From positions 1 through 64,000 of IMG/VR virus record IMGVR_UViG_3300002054_000008: a stretch of 64,000 bases of DNA. The stretch is one strand, 5' to 3'. Each line of letters opens with the position of its first letter. Positions within the stretch are counted from its first letter, which is position 1. This DNA comes from a virus. Taxonomy: Duplodnaviria; Caudoviricetes. Under the pieces are notes generated by a model. The model did not search any database, had not been told where the DNA came from, and saw only the letters and a list, made by a program, of their open reading frames with translations. Positions 48,433 to 55,716 of this stretch are shown here, piece after piece. The translations under genes were made by a program, and so were the position numbers.

Positions 48433-48581
48433 TGGTATATGTAATCCCATTTATAATAGGAACTGTAATGTGGATGATTTTCCACGGAGACGAGCGCCCT
48501 TGGAGACTAGATATGCTAGGCTGGCATTTAGCTGGAGCTAATCTAGGCTGGTATCTCGTTGATATTATCAAGGCCATTTAA
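48432..48581 (+). CDS. Small membrane protein (49 aa)
   Basis: TAATG coupling, two hydrophobic segments. Confidence 0.5.
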   Translation: MVYVIPFIIGTVMWMIFHGDERPWRLDMLGWHLAGANLGWYLVDIIKAI

Positions 48582-48583
48582 TC

Positions 48584-48847
48584 ATGGCTTATTATGTTAT
48601 ACGAACTTCCAAGGGCTACATTCAAAAAGGTTTGAGAAAAACCAAGGGAGAACTCGACAATAACGTGAGAACATGGAAGTGTCCTATAAAGGCTCAAAGA
48701 GACTTCAACAAGGTTATGCCTAGATTTCATAACAGAAAGATGTATGACCACTTTCAAATAGTTGAACTTGAATTTAAAGTTTCGAGTAACCCTCAACTAC
48801 ACATAACAGCCCTAAACCCTGACAAATCATTAAGAGTTTTCCCATGA
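48584..48847 (+). CDS. Hypothetical protein
   Basis: ORF in operon. Confidence 0.55.
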   Translation: MAYYVIRTSKGYIQKGLRKTKGELDNNVRTWKCPIKAQRDFNKVMPRFHNRKMYDHFQIVELEFKVSSNPQLHITALNPDKSLRVFP

Positions 48848-49293
48848 CCAAACAAGATATATTCGCCCTAGCCTGTGACCTCGCGGCAGAGTACCACGAA
48901 GGTCAAACATACTTCGATGAAGGGTCATACTACCTCGACCACTTACTGCCAGTAGCTACGTCAGCTACTCGTTTCGCACAACCTTGGCTCCACCCACTCG
49001 ATGTTCAAACTGTGGGAGTTCTACACGACATTCTCGAAGACACAGAGTGTACAGCCGATGTTCTACTCGATAAAGGTATTCCAGCCTATTTGGTGGAAGC
49101 TGTCATTCTACTTACCAAACCCGAAGGTAGATACATTCGTAAAGAGTATATCACCAACCTGATGCTCAACCCCTTAGCCCACTGCGTGAAAATCGCAGAC
49201 TCTCACTTCAACCTTACCCAGTCACTAATTGAACGTAACTATCGCCGCGTCAAGAAGTACACTGAAAACCTCACATGGATGATGATACAATGA
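48844..49293 (+). CDS. Stand-alone HD-domain (RelA/SpoT/Mesh1-type) hydrolase
   Basis: H.GQ, Y..HL..V, LHDILEDT, LLTK, VKIAD..FN. Confidence 0.8.
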   Translation: MTKQDIFALACDLAAEYHEGQTYFDEGSYYLDHLLPVATSATRFAQPWLHPLDVQTVGVLHDILEDTECTADVLLDKGIPAYLVEAVILLTKPEGRYIRKEYITNLMLNPLAHCVKIADSHFNLTQSLIERNYRRVKKYTENLTWMMIQ

Positions 49294-49574
49294 AACTCGC
49301 ACTAGCACTAGCACTCACACTCGCAGCCACTCTCGCACTAGGTGGGTGTGGCGAGACAACTGAACTCAAGTTCCCTCGTGAGCACAGAGCTAGTTACACT
49401 TGCTCAATCGACCAGTGGGAAATGGTAAAGAAACGTATTAACGTCTGTGAGCAGTCTGGATTGAGGAGAAGTTGCCCAAATTATGCTATACGTGCAGAGT
49501 GCACCTATAAAGGAGACCTGATTGATGATAACAGTAACTCTAACCAAGAAGAAACCACGACCACACCCAATTAG
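49290..49574 (+). CDS. Lipoprotein
   Basis: MKLALALALTLAATLALGG-C. Confidence 0.65.
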   Translation: MKLALALALTLAATLALGGCGETTELKFPREHRASYTCSIDQWEMVKKRINVCEQSGLRRSCPNYAIRAECTYKGDLIDDNSNSNQEETTTTPN

Positions 49575-49698
49575 CTTCGCATTATTTCAACTAGAGGATG
49601 ATGCAAGACCTGATATGGTCGTTGTAGTTGTAGAGATAGGTTACCCTATCATTCCAAATCCAGCCGCAAACAATCACAAACGCCAGTTTGCAGCTTGA
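49525..49698 (+). CDS. Small hypothetical protein (57 aa)
   Basis: AAGGAG RBS; ends at the TTGACA/palindrome element. Confidence 0.45.
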   Translation: MITVTLTKKKPRPHPISFALFQLEDDARPDMVVVVVEIGYPIIPNPAANNHKRQFAA

Positions 49699-49747
49699 CA
49701 AGTCCTAACTAGGACTTTAATACCCAAACTCTAACAAGGAGAACAAT

Positions 49748-50179
49748 ATGAGTTATGAAGAAAACAGATTACGTGAGGCTCGACGTCGCACACGTCAAGT
49801 AACCATCTTTGGCACACTTGCTGCCCTACTAATTGTAGGTGGCATCCCAAGCTGTATGTACGCAATGCCAAAGTACGGAGTGTATCAGCAAACTCTTAAA
49901 GGTACGGCTGAACTTGCCCGTGCTGAACAAAACCGTACAATCCGTATTGAAGTTGCTAAAGCTGAACTAGAAGCGTCTAAACTTGACGCCGCAGCAGAAA
50001 TTGAACGTGCTAAGGGTGTTGCAGAGGCAAATGCTATTATCGCAGACAATCTTGGTGGCCCCGAAGGTTACCTACGCTATTTATGGATTAACAAGCTTGG
50101 TGAAAATCAACAAGATGTTATCTATATTCCGACAGAAGCAGGAATGCCAATCTTAGAAGCAGGAAAACGCAATGACTAA
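49748..50179 (+). CDS. Membrane-anchored SPFH/band-7-like coiled-coil protein
   Basis: TM segment, AEIERAKGVAEANAII, YLRYLWI, IYIPTEAG.PILEAG. Confidence 0.7.
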   Translation: MSYEENRLREARRRTRQVTIFGTLAALLIVGGIPSCMYAMPKYGVYQQTLKGTAELARAEQNRTIRIEVAKAELEASKLDAAAEIERAKGVAEANAIIADNLGGPEGYLRYLWINKLGENQQDVIYIPTEAGMPILEAGKRND

Positions 50180-50762
50180 GCCATCTGTATGTTACACTGT
50201 GGGTGAAATCCCAAAGAACAGACCCTTCCGAGTTAAAGGCTCTGATATTGAACTTATCAAAACTCCTGATGGAGTTATGGCGAACACAACAGAGGGACTA
50301 TCAATCATTGACATTGCTATCCTAATGCGCGTCAACGACGAGACCGAAACTGACTCAATTCGCCCGATTTACACTATCGACCCTACCACAATCGTCGCCT
50401 CATTCCAGAATAACTTCCTGATGGACACTGGAGACGGTTATACGCTCGAAACATTCACCCCTGACGGTGAAGTTCATTTCGCACGATACTTTAGACCTCA
50501 AAACCTACATCGTGCTGTAGCGGCCTTACAGGAGTTTATGCCAGAGCAAATTCCACATTGGGCTAACACCCATATCACTCGACCCAATGGGTCACAGCAA
50601 TACACAGCGTCTGATGTGTATAATGCTATTCGCGACACGTTCTTTATTGGTTATGACGGAGCCTTAAACTCCGTTGAATACATGGAACGTGTTTTAGCAG
50701 ACGACGGATGGGTCTTCAATGACCTCACACAAGAACAAACACTAACATCAAACGGAGACTAA
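50172..50762 (+). CDS. Hypothetical protein
   Basis: ORF in operon. Confidence 0.6.
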   Translation: MTKPSVCYTVGEIPKNRPFRVKGSDIELIKTPDGVMANTTEGLSIIDIAILMRVNDETETDSIRPIYTIDPTTIVASFQNNFLMDTGDGYTLETFTPDGEVHFARYFRPQNLHRAVAALQEFMPEQIPHWANTHITRPNGSQQYTASDVYNAIRDTFFIGYDGALNSVEYMERVLADDGWVFNDLTQEQTLTSNGD

Positions 50763-50763
50763 T

Positions 50764-50973
50764 ATGTCACAAACTACAACACAAACAAGTTCTGGAGGCA
50801 TTGGCGTTCTAGGACTATTAGGAGTTCTATTCGTAGGACTTAAACTCGGCGGCGTAATCGACTGGTCTTGGTGGTATGTTACCATGCCATTCTGGATTGG
50901 CTTCGCTATCCTCGCAGCAATTCTAGGCGTCATTGGCGTAATCTGGTTGTTCGCAACAATCTTTAGTCGTTAG
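50764..50973 (+). CDS. Small membrane protein
   Basis: SSGGIG..GLL...FVGLKL.GVIDWSWW.V..P.W. Confidence 0.7.
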   Translation: MSQTTTQTSSGGIGVLGLLGVLFVGLKLGGVIDWSWWYVTMPFWIGFAILAAILGVIGVIWLFATIFSR

Positions 50974-50976
50974 ACT

Positions 50977-51279
50977 GTGAGACGCGAGGAGATTATACTT
51001 CGCGTCTTCAACAACGTCGAAGTAACGGAAGACCACTGTTTCCTCTGGTTAGGAGGAAACAGTGGTAGCGGGAGAGGTGGAGGTTATCCACGTATGTCTC
51101 TCGATGGACAAACTGTAGCAGTACACAGAATTATCTGGCAATGCTTCTACGGCCCATTGATTGGCAAATGGCAATTAGACCACCTCTGTCGTAATCGTAT
51201 GTGTTGCAATCCTCTGCACTTGGAGAAAGTAACACACAAAGAAAATTGTCGAAGAAGGGACAAAGCCAATGGCACATAA
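50977..51279 (+). CDS. HNH endonuclease
   Basis: C.LW.G...GY...VHR...LDHLCRNRMCCNPLHL..VT..EN. Confidence 0.85.
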   Translation: MRREEIILRVFNNVEVTEDHCFLWLGGNSGSGRGGGYPRMSLDGQTVAVHRIIWQCFYGPLIGKWQLDHLCRNRMCCNPLHLEKVTHKENCRRRDKANGT

Positions 51280-51412
51280 TAAAGCACGAGCCGAGCGTTT
51301 CAAGAAGCGTTCACTACATGACCTAGAACGTATTCGCGACAGTGGGTCACTTTCAGCGGCGGCTGTTCAATACGAAATTGACAGACGCAACCGTACCAAC
51401 AACAAAAAGTAG
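51269..51412 (+). CDS. Small basic hypothetical protein (47 aa)
   Basis: AAGGGA RBS; fills the gap between neighbours. Confidence 0.45.
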   Translation: MAHNKARAERFKKRSLHDLERIRDSGSLSAAAVQYEIDRRNRTNNKK

Positions 51413-51421
51413 GAGGTAATC

Positions 51422-51715
51422 ATGTCTAAACTAAACTGCGCCAACTGTGGAGAAGTTTTTGTTTATATGCTCGATTGCCCTACAGAAATACTTCACTACG
51501 AAGACCATCAAGAAGGTTTTTGTAGTGAAGACTGTATGCACCAATACTTCGACATGGAAGAATGTGCATATTGTGAAGAAACTCACGTCTGCGAACATTA
51601 TGATGAACGTGAAACTTATGAAGGCAGAACTTGTAGTCAAGACTGCCATGAGGAAGCCATGTACCTATGGGGCCAAAACCACGGCGACCCTAACTACGAA
51701 CACAGGACGTACTAA
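51422..51715 (+). CDS. Acidic Cys-rich metal-binding repeat protein
   Basis: Two CxxC...(F)CSxxC units; AGGAGG RBS. Confidence 0.6.
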   Translation: MSKLNCANCGEVFVYMLDCPTEILHYEDHQEGFCSEDCMHQYFDMEECAYCEETHVCEHYDERETYEGRTCSQDCHEEAMYLWGQNHGDPNYEHRTY

Positions 51716-51716
51716 G

Positions 51717-52262
51717 ATGAAAATTCAGATTATAAAAGGCGACATAACACAGGTTAAAGCTGATGTAGTTGTAAACGCTGCTAACAACCTTCTGCGTAAT
51801 GGTGCAGGAGTATGTGGTGCAGTTCACAAAGCGGCTGGCCCTGAACTTGAAGAATGGTGCAACCACTTCATGCGTAATCGCAATGAGATAGAGATTGGAA
51901 CAGTTCCAATTTCACCGTCCTTCAACATGGAAAACTGCTCACACATAGCTCATACAGTCGGCCCCATCTATCAAAACTGGCACGACCTAAATGAAGCTCT
52001 ACTCGAAGCTGCCTACCACTCAACATTTATCGCAGCCTCCAAAATGGGCGCAACTTCCATAGCGTTCCCTTGTATCTCAACTGGTATCTATGGTTACCCA
52101 CCTGAAAAAGCCGTAAAGGTAGTTAGACAAGCTCTACTAGATACAGGCTTCAAAGGGTCAGTAAAACTGGTATGTTTTTCTGACAGTGACTACGCCCTAT
52201 ATAAGAAGGTAATTAAACCTTTTTCCTTAAAGATTTCAAAGACTTACAGAAAGTTCTTATGA
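51717..52262 (+). CDS. Macrodomain (ADP-ribose binding/hydrolase)
   Basis: GDIT, VVNAAN, GAGVCGAVH.AAG, HTVGP, SIAFPCISTGIYGYP. Confidence 0.93.
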   Translation: MKIQIIKGDITQVKADVVVNAANNLLRNGAGVCGAVHKAAGPELEEWCNHFMRNRNEIEIGTVPISPSFNMENCSHIAHTVGPIYQNWHDLNEALLEAAYHSTFIAASKMGATSIAFPCISTGIYGYPPEKAVKVVRQALLDTGFKGSVKLVCFSDSDYALYKKVIKPFSLKISKTYRKFL

Positions 52263-52846
52263 TTATTTCAGAGCAAAAATTCATCCAATACCTAGCACTC
52301 ATGGGCGCAATGTTTATGGTGATAGGTTTTGCAAGTGGACGTTGGACAGCAACGCCAGAAATTAAAACAGAGTATGTTACAAAAACTCGGACAGAAGTTA
52401 AAATTGTCCGACAATTCGTAACAAGCAATGTTGAACGAGAATGCCTAGCACAAGCGATATATTCCGAATCTCGGTCAGAGTCCCAGCTAGGACAATTAGC
52501 CGTTGGCTCGGTTATTATGAACAGAGTTAGCGATAACCGATACCCTGACACAATCTGCGGTGTGGTAGAATATAAGAATAAGGGAGTTTATCACTTTTCT
52601 TACCAATACAGAAAAGACCCTAACTTTTATCACACAGCCAGAGTATTTGCAAACATGCAGGTCTCTGCTATTGAGTTAGAAGCTAGGGAGAAAGCATATG
52701 AAGTGGCTGATAAGATTTTGGATGGTGAGCGTAATTTGCCAGAAACTTCTCTCAATTACCATAGCACTGCTGTTTCACCTGATTGGGCGAAAGACCTCAC
52801 TTTTTATAAACAGATAGGGTTGCACAAATATTACACAGGATTTTGA
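52259..52846 (+). CDS. SleB/Hydrolase_2 cell-wall hydrolase with N-terminal anchor
   Basis: CLAQAIYSESRSE, VIMNRV, YPDTICGVV, HFS, PDWA, IG.H.YY. Confidence 0.88.
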   Translation: MIISEQKFIQYLALMGAMFMVIGFASGRWTATPEIKTEYVTKTRTEVKIVRQFVTSNVERECLAQAIYSESRSESQLGQLAVGSVIMNRVSDNRYPDTICGVVEYKNKGVYHFSYQYRKDPNFYHTARVFANMQVSAIELEAREKAYEVADKILDGERNLPETSLNYHSTAVSPDWAKDLTFYKQIGLHKYYTGF

Positions 52847-52847
52847 T

Positions 52848-53105
52848 ATGAAATCAATTATACATGTAAACCGACAACACATTGCAATGAACGCGAAGGA
52901 CAACGGTAATCGTCCTGTCTACACAATTAAGCGAGGCGGTAAAACTATCTATGCTCGTGAAGTAGAAATACTCGGCCCTTCAAAGCTAATTTACAATGGT
53001 TCACAGTTAAATTGTGGCGCACGAGCTTGGATTGAAACCAACGCAGAACTCAACCTAATAGATGAAATGACTTTTAAGGAGGCTAGAAATGTCGAACCCC
53101 AATAA
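52848..53105 (+). CDS. Conserved phage hypothetical protein
   Basis: IHVN...N.K...PV..K...V.I.GPS...L.CGAR.WIET. Confidence 0.7.
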   Translation: MKSIIHVNRQHIAMNAKDNGNRPVYTIKRGGKTIYAREVEILGPSKLIYNGSQLNCGARAWIETNAELNLIDEMTFKEARNVEPQ

Positions 53106-53460
53106 TGTACCAACAACTGAACACGTTAATCTCGTACTGGACGAGTCTTTCAGAACATTAGAAATGCCTCTCGCAGAACTAATTAAACATCTTCAAGGGC
53201 TACTTGATAAAATTCCAGAGTATGACCGTCACACAGCAAAGTTTGAGCATGAGGATGGATATTATGACGACCCTGATAGCTACAATATATGTTATACTCG
53301 TACTCTGACCCAAGGGGAAATAGACGAGGCCAACGACAGAGTTGAAGCTCGTAAAAAACAAGCAGCAATAAAAACTAAGAACGATGAAAAGAAAACTCGC
53401 GCTCGTGAAAGACGAGAACTCCTTAGATTAGCGAAGAAATACGGAAAGATTGTATCATGA
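53089..53460 (+). CDS. Hypothetical protein
   Basis: AAGGAGG RBS. Confidence 0.6.
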   Translation: MSNPNNVPTTEHVNLVLDESFRTLEMPLAELIKHLQGLLDKIPEYDRHTAKFEHEDGYYDDPDSYNICYTRTLTQGEIDEANDRVEARKKQAAIKTKNDEKKTRARERRELLRLAKKYGKIVS

Positions 53461-53771
53461 GGGATTTTCTAGGACAGGAAGTAAATGTAGGAGACCACGT
53501 ATTCTATAGCACCACTGGTAGATATTCAGAATCTCGTTACTGTAGGGTCATTAGGCTAACTCCCAAATCAATCGTGGTTGATGTTTTAAAGAAGAATAGA
53601 AGCGGGTCACTGGAACAAAACGTGATAGTAAGAAATAGCTTCATCAAGGTTGGTAAACCAATACCTGCCAGAGCTTCTGCTGACTTTACATATATTGTGG
53701 ACTACTTATCAGAAGGTGACTTGGAACACCTACAGGAAGAAGTAGCCTCAATCTCACAAATATTAAATTAG
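53457..53771 (+). CDS. Hypothetical protein (SH3-like N-terminus)
   Basis: D.LGQE..VGD.V.Y; ATGA coupling. Confidence 0.6.
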   Translation: MRDFLGQEVNVGDHVFYSTTGRYSESRYCRVIRLTPKSIVVDVLKKNRSGSLEQNVIVRNSFIKVGKPIPARASADFTYIVDYLSEGDLEHLQEEVASISQILN

Positions 53772-53816
53772 TTGTTGACAGCCACATATAATCCAGAGTA
53801 AGACGTGCAAATCAAT

Positions 53817-53893
53817 TCCCTACGGCCCCGACTGGCATGGGGGAAGCACTGTTAATGCTTTCGTTCTTGGTTCGAGTCCAAGGTAGGGAGCCA
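53817..53893 (+). tRNA. tRNA-Asn(GTT)
   Basis: TCCCTAC/GTAGGGA acceptor, AAGCA-CTGTTAA-TGCTT, GCCA; TTGACA promoter at 53775. Confidence 0.88.
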
Positions 53894-54026
53894 AACAAAA
53901 TGGAGAATATATTGTGAGCAACGCAATGACAAATCGAAATACAAAAGCTCACTTCCATAAGGGAGTGTTCTCCCGTGCCTGTATCAACCACCTATCACTA
54001 AACCCCCAACCGACTCTGTAAATATA

Positions 54027-54101
54027 CAGGGACGAAGAGGCTGGGTCATCGCTATGCTTTGGAAGCACTGAAGTCGGGTTCGATTCCCGAGTTCCTGACC
54101 A
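54027..54101 (+). tRNA. tRNA-Pro(TGG), atypical D-arm
   Basis: CAGGGAC/GTTCCTG acceptor, loop TTTGGAA, T-arm, ACCA. Confidence 0.75.
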
Positions 54102-54108
54102 AATCTTA

Positions 54109-54183
54109 TGCGGCGTAGTTTAGTGGTAAAACGTCGGAATTTGACTCCGAAGAGCGCTGGTTCGAATCCAGCCGCCGCATCCA
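54109..54183 (+). tRNA. tRNA-Gln(TTG)
   Basis: U1-A72, TCGGA-ATTTGAC-TCCGA, CCA. Confidence 0.88.
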
Positions 54184-54201
54184 ACACAGAAAGATTATAT
54201 T

Positions 54202-54624
54202 ATGAATATTGAAACAGAATTTTTAAAACGCTGGTCATATGACACAGTAGATGATGATAAGGCACTTGAGGCTTTAATTGGTCAATCATTCTCTCTAATT
54301 GAGAAGGATAACGATGAAATTCGTTTTCAACTGACAGATGGACGCGCCATGTTAATGTGGCATCAGCAGGATTGTTGCGAAAGTGTGTATGTTGAAGATG
54401 TGTCGGGTAATTTGGAAGATTTATTAAACACTCCGATTCTAGTAGCAGAAAGTCGTTCTAGGTGTGAACCTGATGGTGAATGGGGAGATTCCCAAACTTG
54501 GACGTTCTACACATTCAGAACAATTAAAGGAACAGTTGATATTCGTTGGCATGGTTCAAGCAACGGTTATTATGGAGAAGGTGTTGATGTACGTCTTGGA
54601 AAAGAACCAGAAAATTCAATCTAG
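54202..54624 (+). CDS. Conserved phage hypothetical protein
   Basis: HQQDCCESV...WTFY...TIKG.V.IRW.GSSNGYY. Confidence 0.75.
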   Translation: MNIETEFLKRWSYDTVDDDKALEALIGQSFSLIEKDNDEIRFQLTDGRAMLMWHQQDCCESVYVEDVSGNLEDLLNTPILVAESRSRCEPDGEWGDSQTWTFYTFRTIKGTVDIRWHGSSNGYYGEGVDVRLGKEPENSI

Positions 54625-54695
54625 GTAAAGTAGAATGGTTGACACGCTTGCTTGTGACGCAAGAGCATGAGGTTCGAATCCTCTACCTAGTACCA
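54620..54695 (+). tRNA. tRNA-His(GTG) without G-1, with U72/A73
   Basis: CTTGC-TTGTGAC-GCAAG arm; 3' ...CCTAGT-A-CCA. Confidence 0.8.
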
Positions 54696-54696
54696 A

Positions 54697-54771
54697 GGAC
54701 GCTTAGCTGAGCTGGTTTAGCAAGGGACTTTTAATCCCTGTACGTGGGTTCGAATCCCACAGCGTCCTCCA
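54697..54771 (+). tRNA. tRNA-Lys(TTT)
   Basis: GGACGCT/AGCGTCC, AGGGA-CTTTTAA-TCCCT, U73-CCA. Confidence 0.9.
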
Positions 54772-54846
54772 AATTCAAGGCGGCTGTCCCACGCAGTAGG
54801 TAAGTCTTAGGGGTGACACTAAGATGGAATATAGGGACACACTTAT

Positions 54847-54922
54847 AGTACGGTGACCGAGGTAGATTAGGTGCTGGATTGCAAATCCAGTTACGTGGGT
54901 GCAACTCCCACTCGTACTTCCA
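54847..54922 (+). tRNA. tRNA-Cys(GCA)
   Basis: CTGGA-TTGCAAA-TCCAG, U73-CCA; T-loop TGCAACT. Confidence 0.82.
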
Positions 54923-54951
54923 CTAACACTAACACAAAGAAAGGACTAACA

Positions 54952-55206
54952 ATGACAGAAATAACAGGACGCCTTGAGCGCTGGACAGTAGGAGCTACAT
55001 TCACCGCCACTAATGAATATATAATTTGGGGAGACTGCTATGAAGACTCCCGCAATCGTTTCCCTGATAGTACGCCTATCCATACATCAGGAATACTCCT
55101 ATCAGATTACCCTATTGACGAACTCAAAGAAGGTATGATAGTGAAAACACGCAACTCAACTTATCTGTTGGGTAAACCATTCGGTAACACAGGAGAAGAA
55201 GAATGA
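54952..55206 (+). CDS. Conserved phage hypothetical protein
   Basis: WG..Y.D...RF.D...IHTS...TRNS.Y.LG; AAGGA RBS. Confidence 0.7.
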   Translation: MTEITGRLERWTVGATFTATNEYIIWGDCYEDSRNRFPDSTPIHTSGILLSDYPIDELKEGMIVKTRNSTYLLGKPFGNTGEEE

Positions 55207-55593
55207 AAACTATCACAAAAATTAAAATGCGTCGGTTCATCAACCGCCGTTCAAATGGAGTAGTTGAGCAGCTAGAAAAGCTAGTAGCCAAACTACAAAC
55301 TTGGATTGCCAAGCTAGACGCAGAGCAAGACGCCGCTAACCAAGCTATGAAGCAAGAAATTGCAGCTATCAAGAAATTGCAGCTATCAAGAAATTGCAGC
55401 TATCAAGAATGGTGCAGAAACAGAAGTTGAACGCCTAGAATATTTGATTGCAGAAGCTAAGGCAAATGCTATCGACGCAGAAGCTGCGGTTACTGATGAA
55501 TACACAGCAATCATCAATGAAGCCAAAGGTGAAGCTGAACGTGCTCGTCAAGTTGAGCATAACATGAAAACACTCGTTGGAAGTCCTACTTAG
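55203..55593 (+). pseudogene. Coiled-coil gene frameshifted by a 17-bp tandem repeat expansion
   Basis: ORFs 55203-55430 and 55360-55593 join in frame with 1 (or 4) repeat units. Confidence 0.75.
55353..55409. repeat. Tandem repeat (CAAGAAATTGCAGCTAT) x3.3
   Basis: Three exact 17-bp copies plus CAAGAA. Confidence 0.95.
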
Positions 55594-55606
55594 GACTTCT
55601 GACTAT

Positions 55607-55689
55607 GCGGGTCTAGTCGTGGATGCCTTCTAAGCAGCTAAGCGTAATCGGAACTGAAAATGGGGGTTCGAGTCCCTTGGCCCGTGCCA
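55607..55689 (+). tRNA. Atypical tRNA-Arg(TCT)-like RNA lacking a D-arm, with a 23-nt variable region
   Basis: GCGGGTC/GGCCCGT acceptor, 8-nt linker, GATGC-CTTCTAA-GCAGC, GGGGG-TTCGAGT-CCCTT, GCCA; same architecture as 776-858. Confidence 0.78.
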
Positions 55690-55716
55690 CTTTGGAAAAT
55701 CAATAAGGAAATAAAC

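Larger units (their letters stand above)
43764..55597. repeat. Dispersed palindrome family AGTCCTAnnTAGGACT (8 good copies plus 1 degenerate)
   Basis: 43764, 44535, 44981, 45901, 47524, 47916 (15 bp), 49701, 55582; degenerate 52479. Confidence 0.92.

Noticed and set aside
53894-54026. tmRNA piece
   Set aside because: No tag-like reading frame ending in Ala-Ala and no Ala-type acceptor ends.
55353-55409. 17-bp repeats as a mini-CRISPR
   Set aside because: Head-to-tail with no spacers, inside a CDS.
43764-55597. Palindrome family as a CRISPR array
   Set aside because: Copies are hundreds to thousands of bp apart with whole genes between them; no regular spacers and no cas genes.
55627-55633. 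Amber suppressor reading (CTA) of the atypical tRNA loops, implying recoding
   Set aside because: With a 7-nt loop and U33 the anticodons are TCT and ACG; genes are intact in the standard code and TAG is used as a stop.
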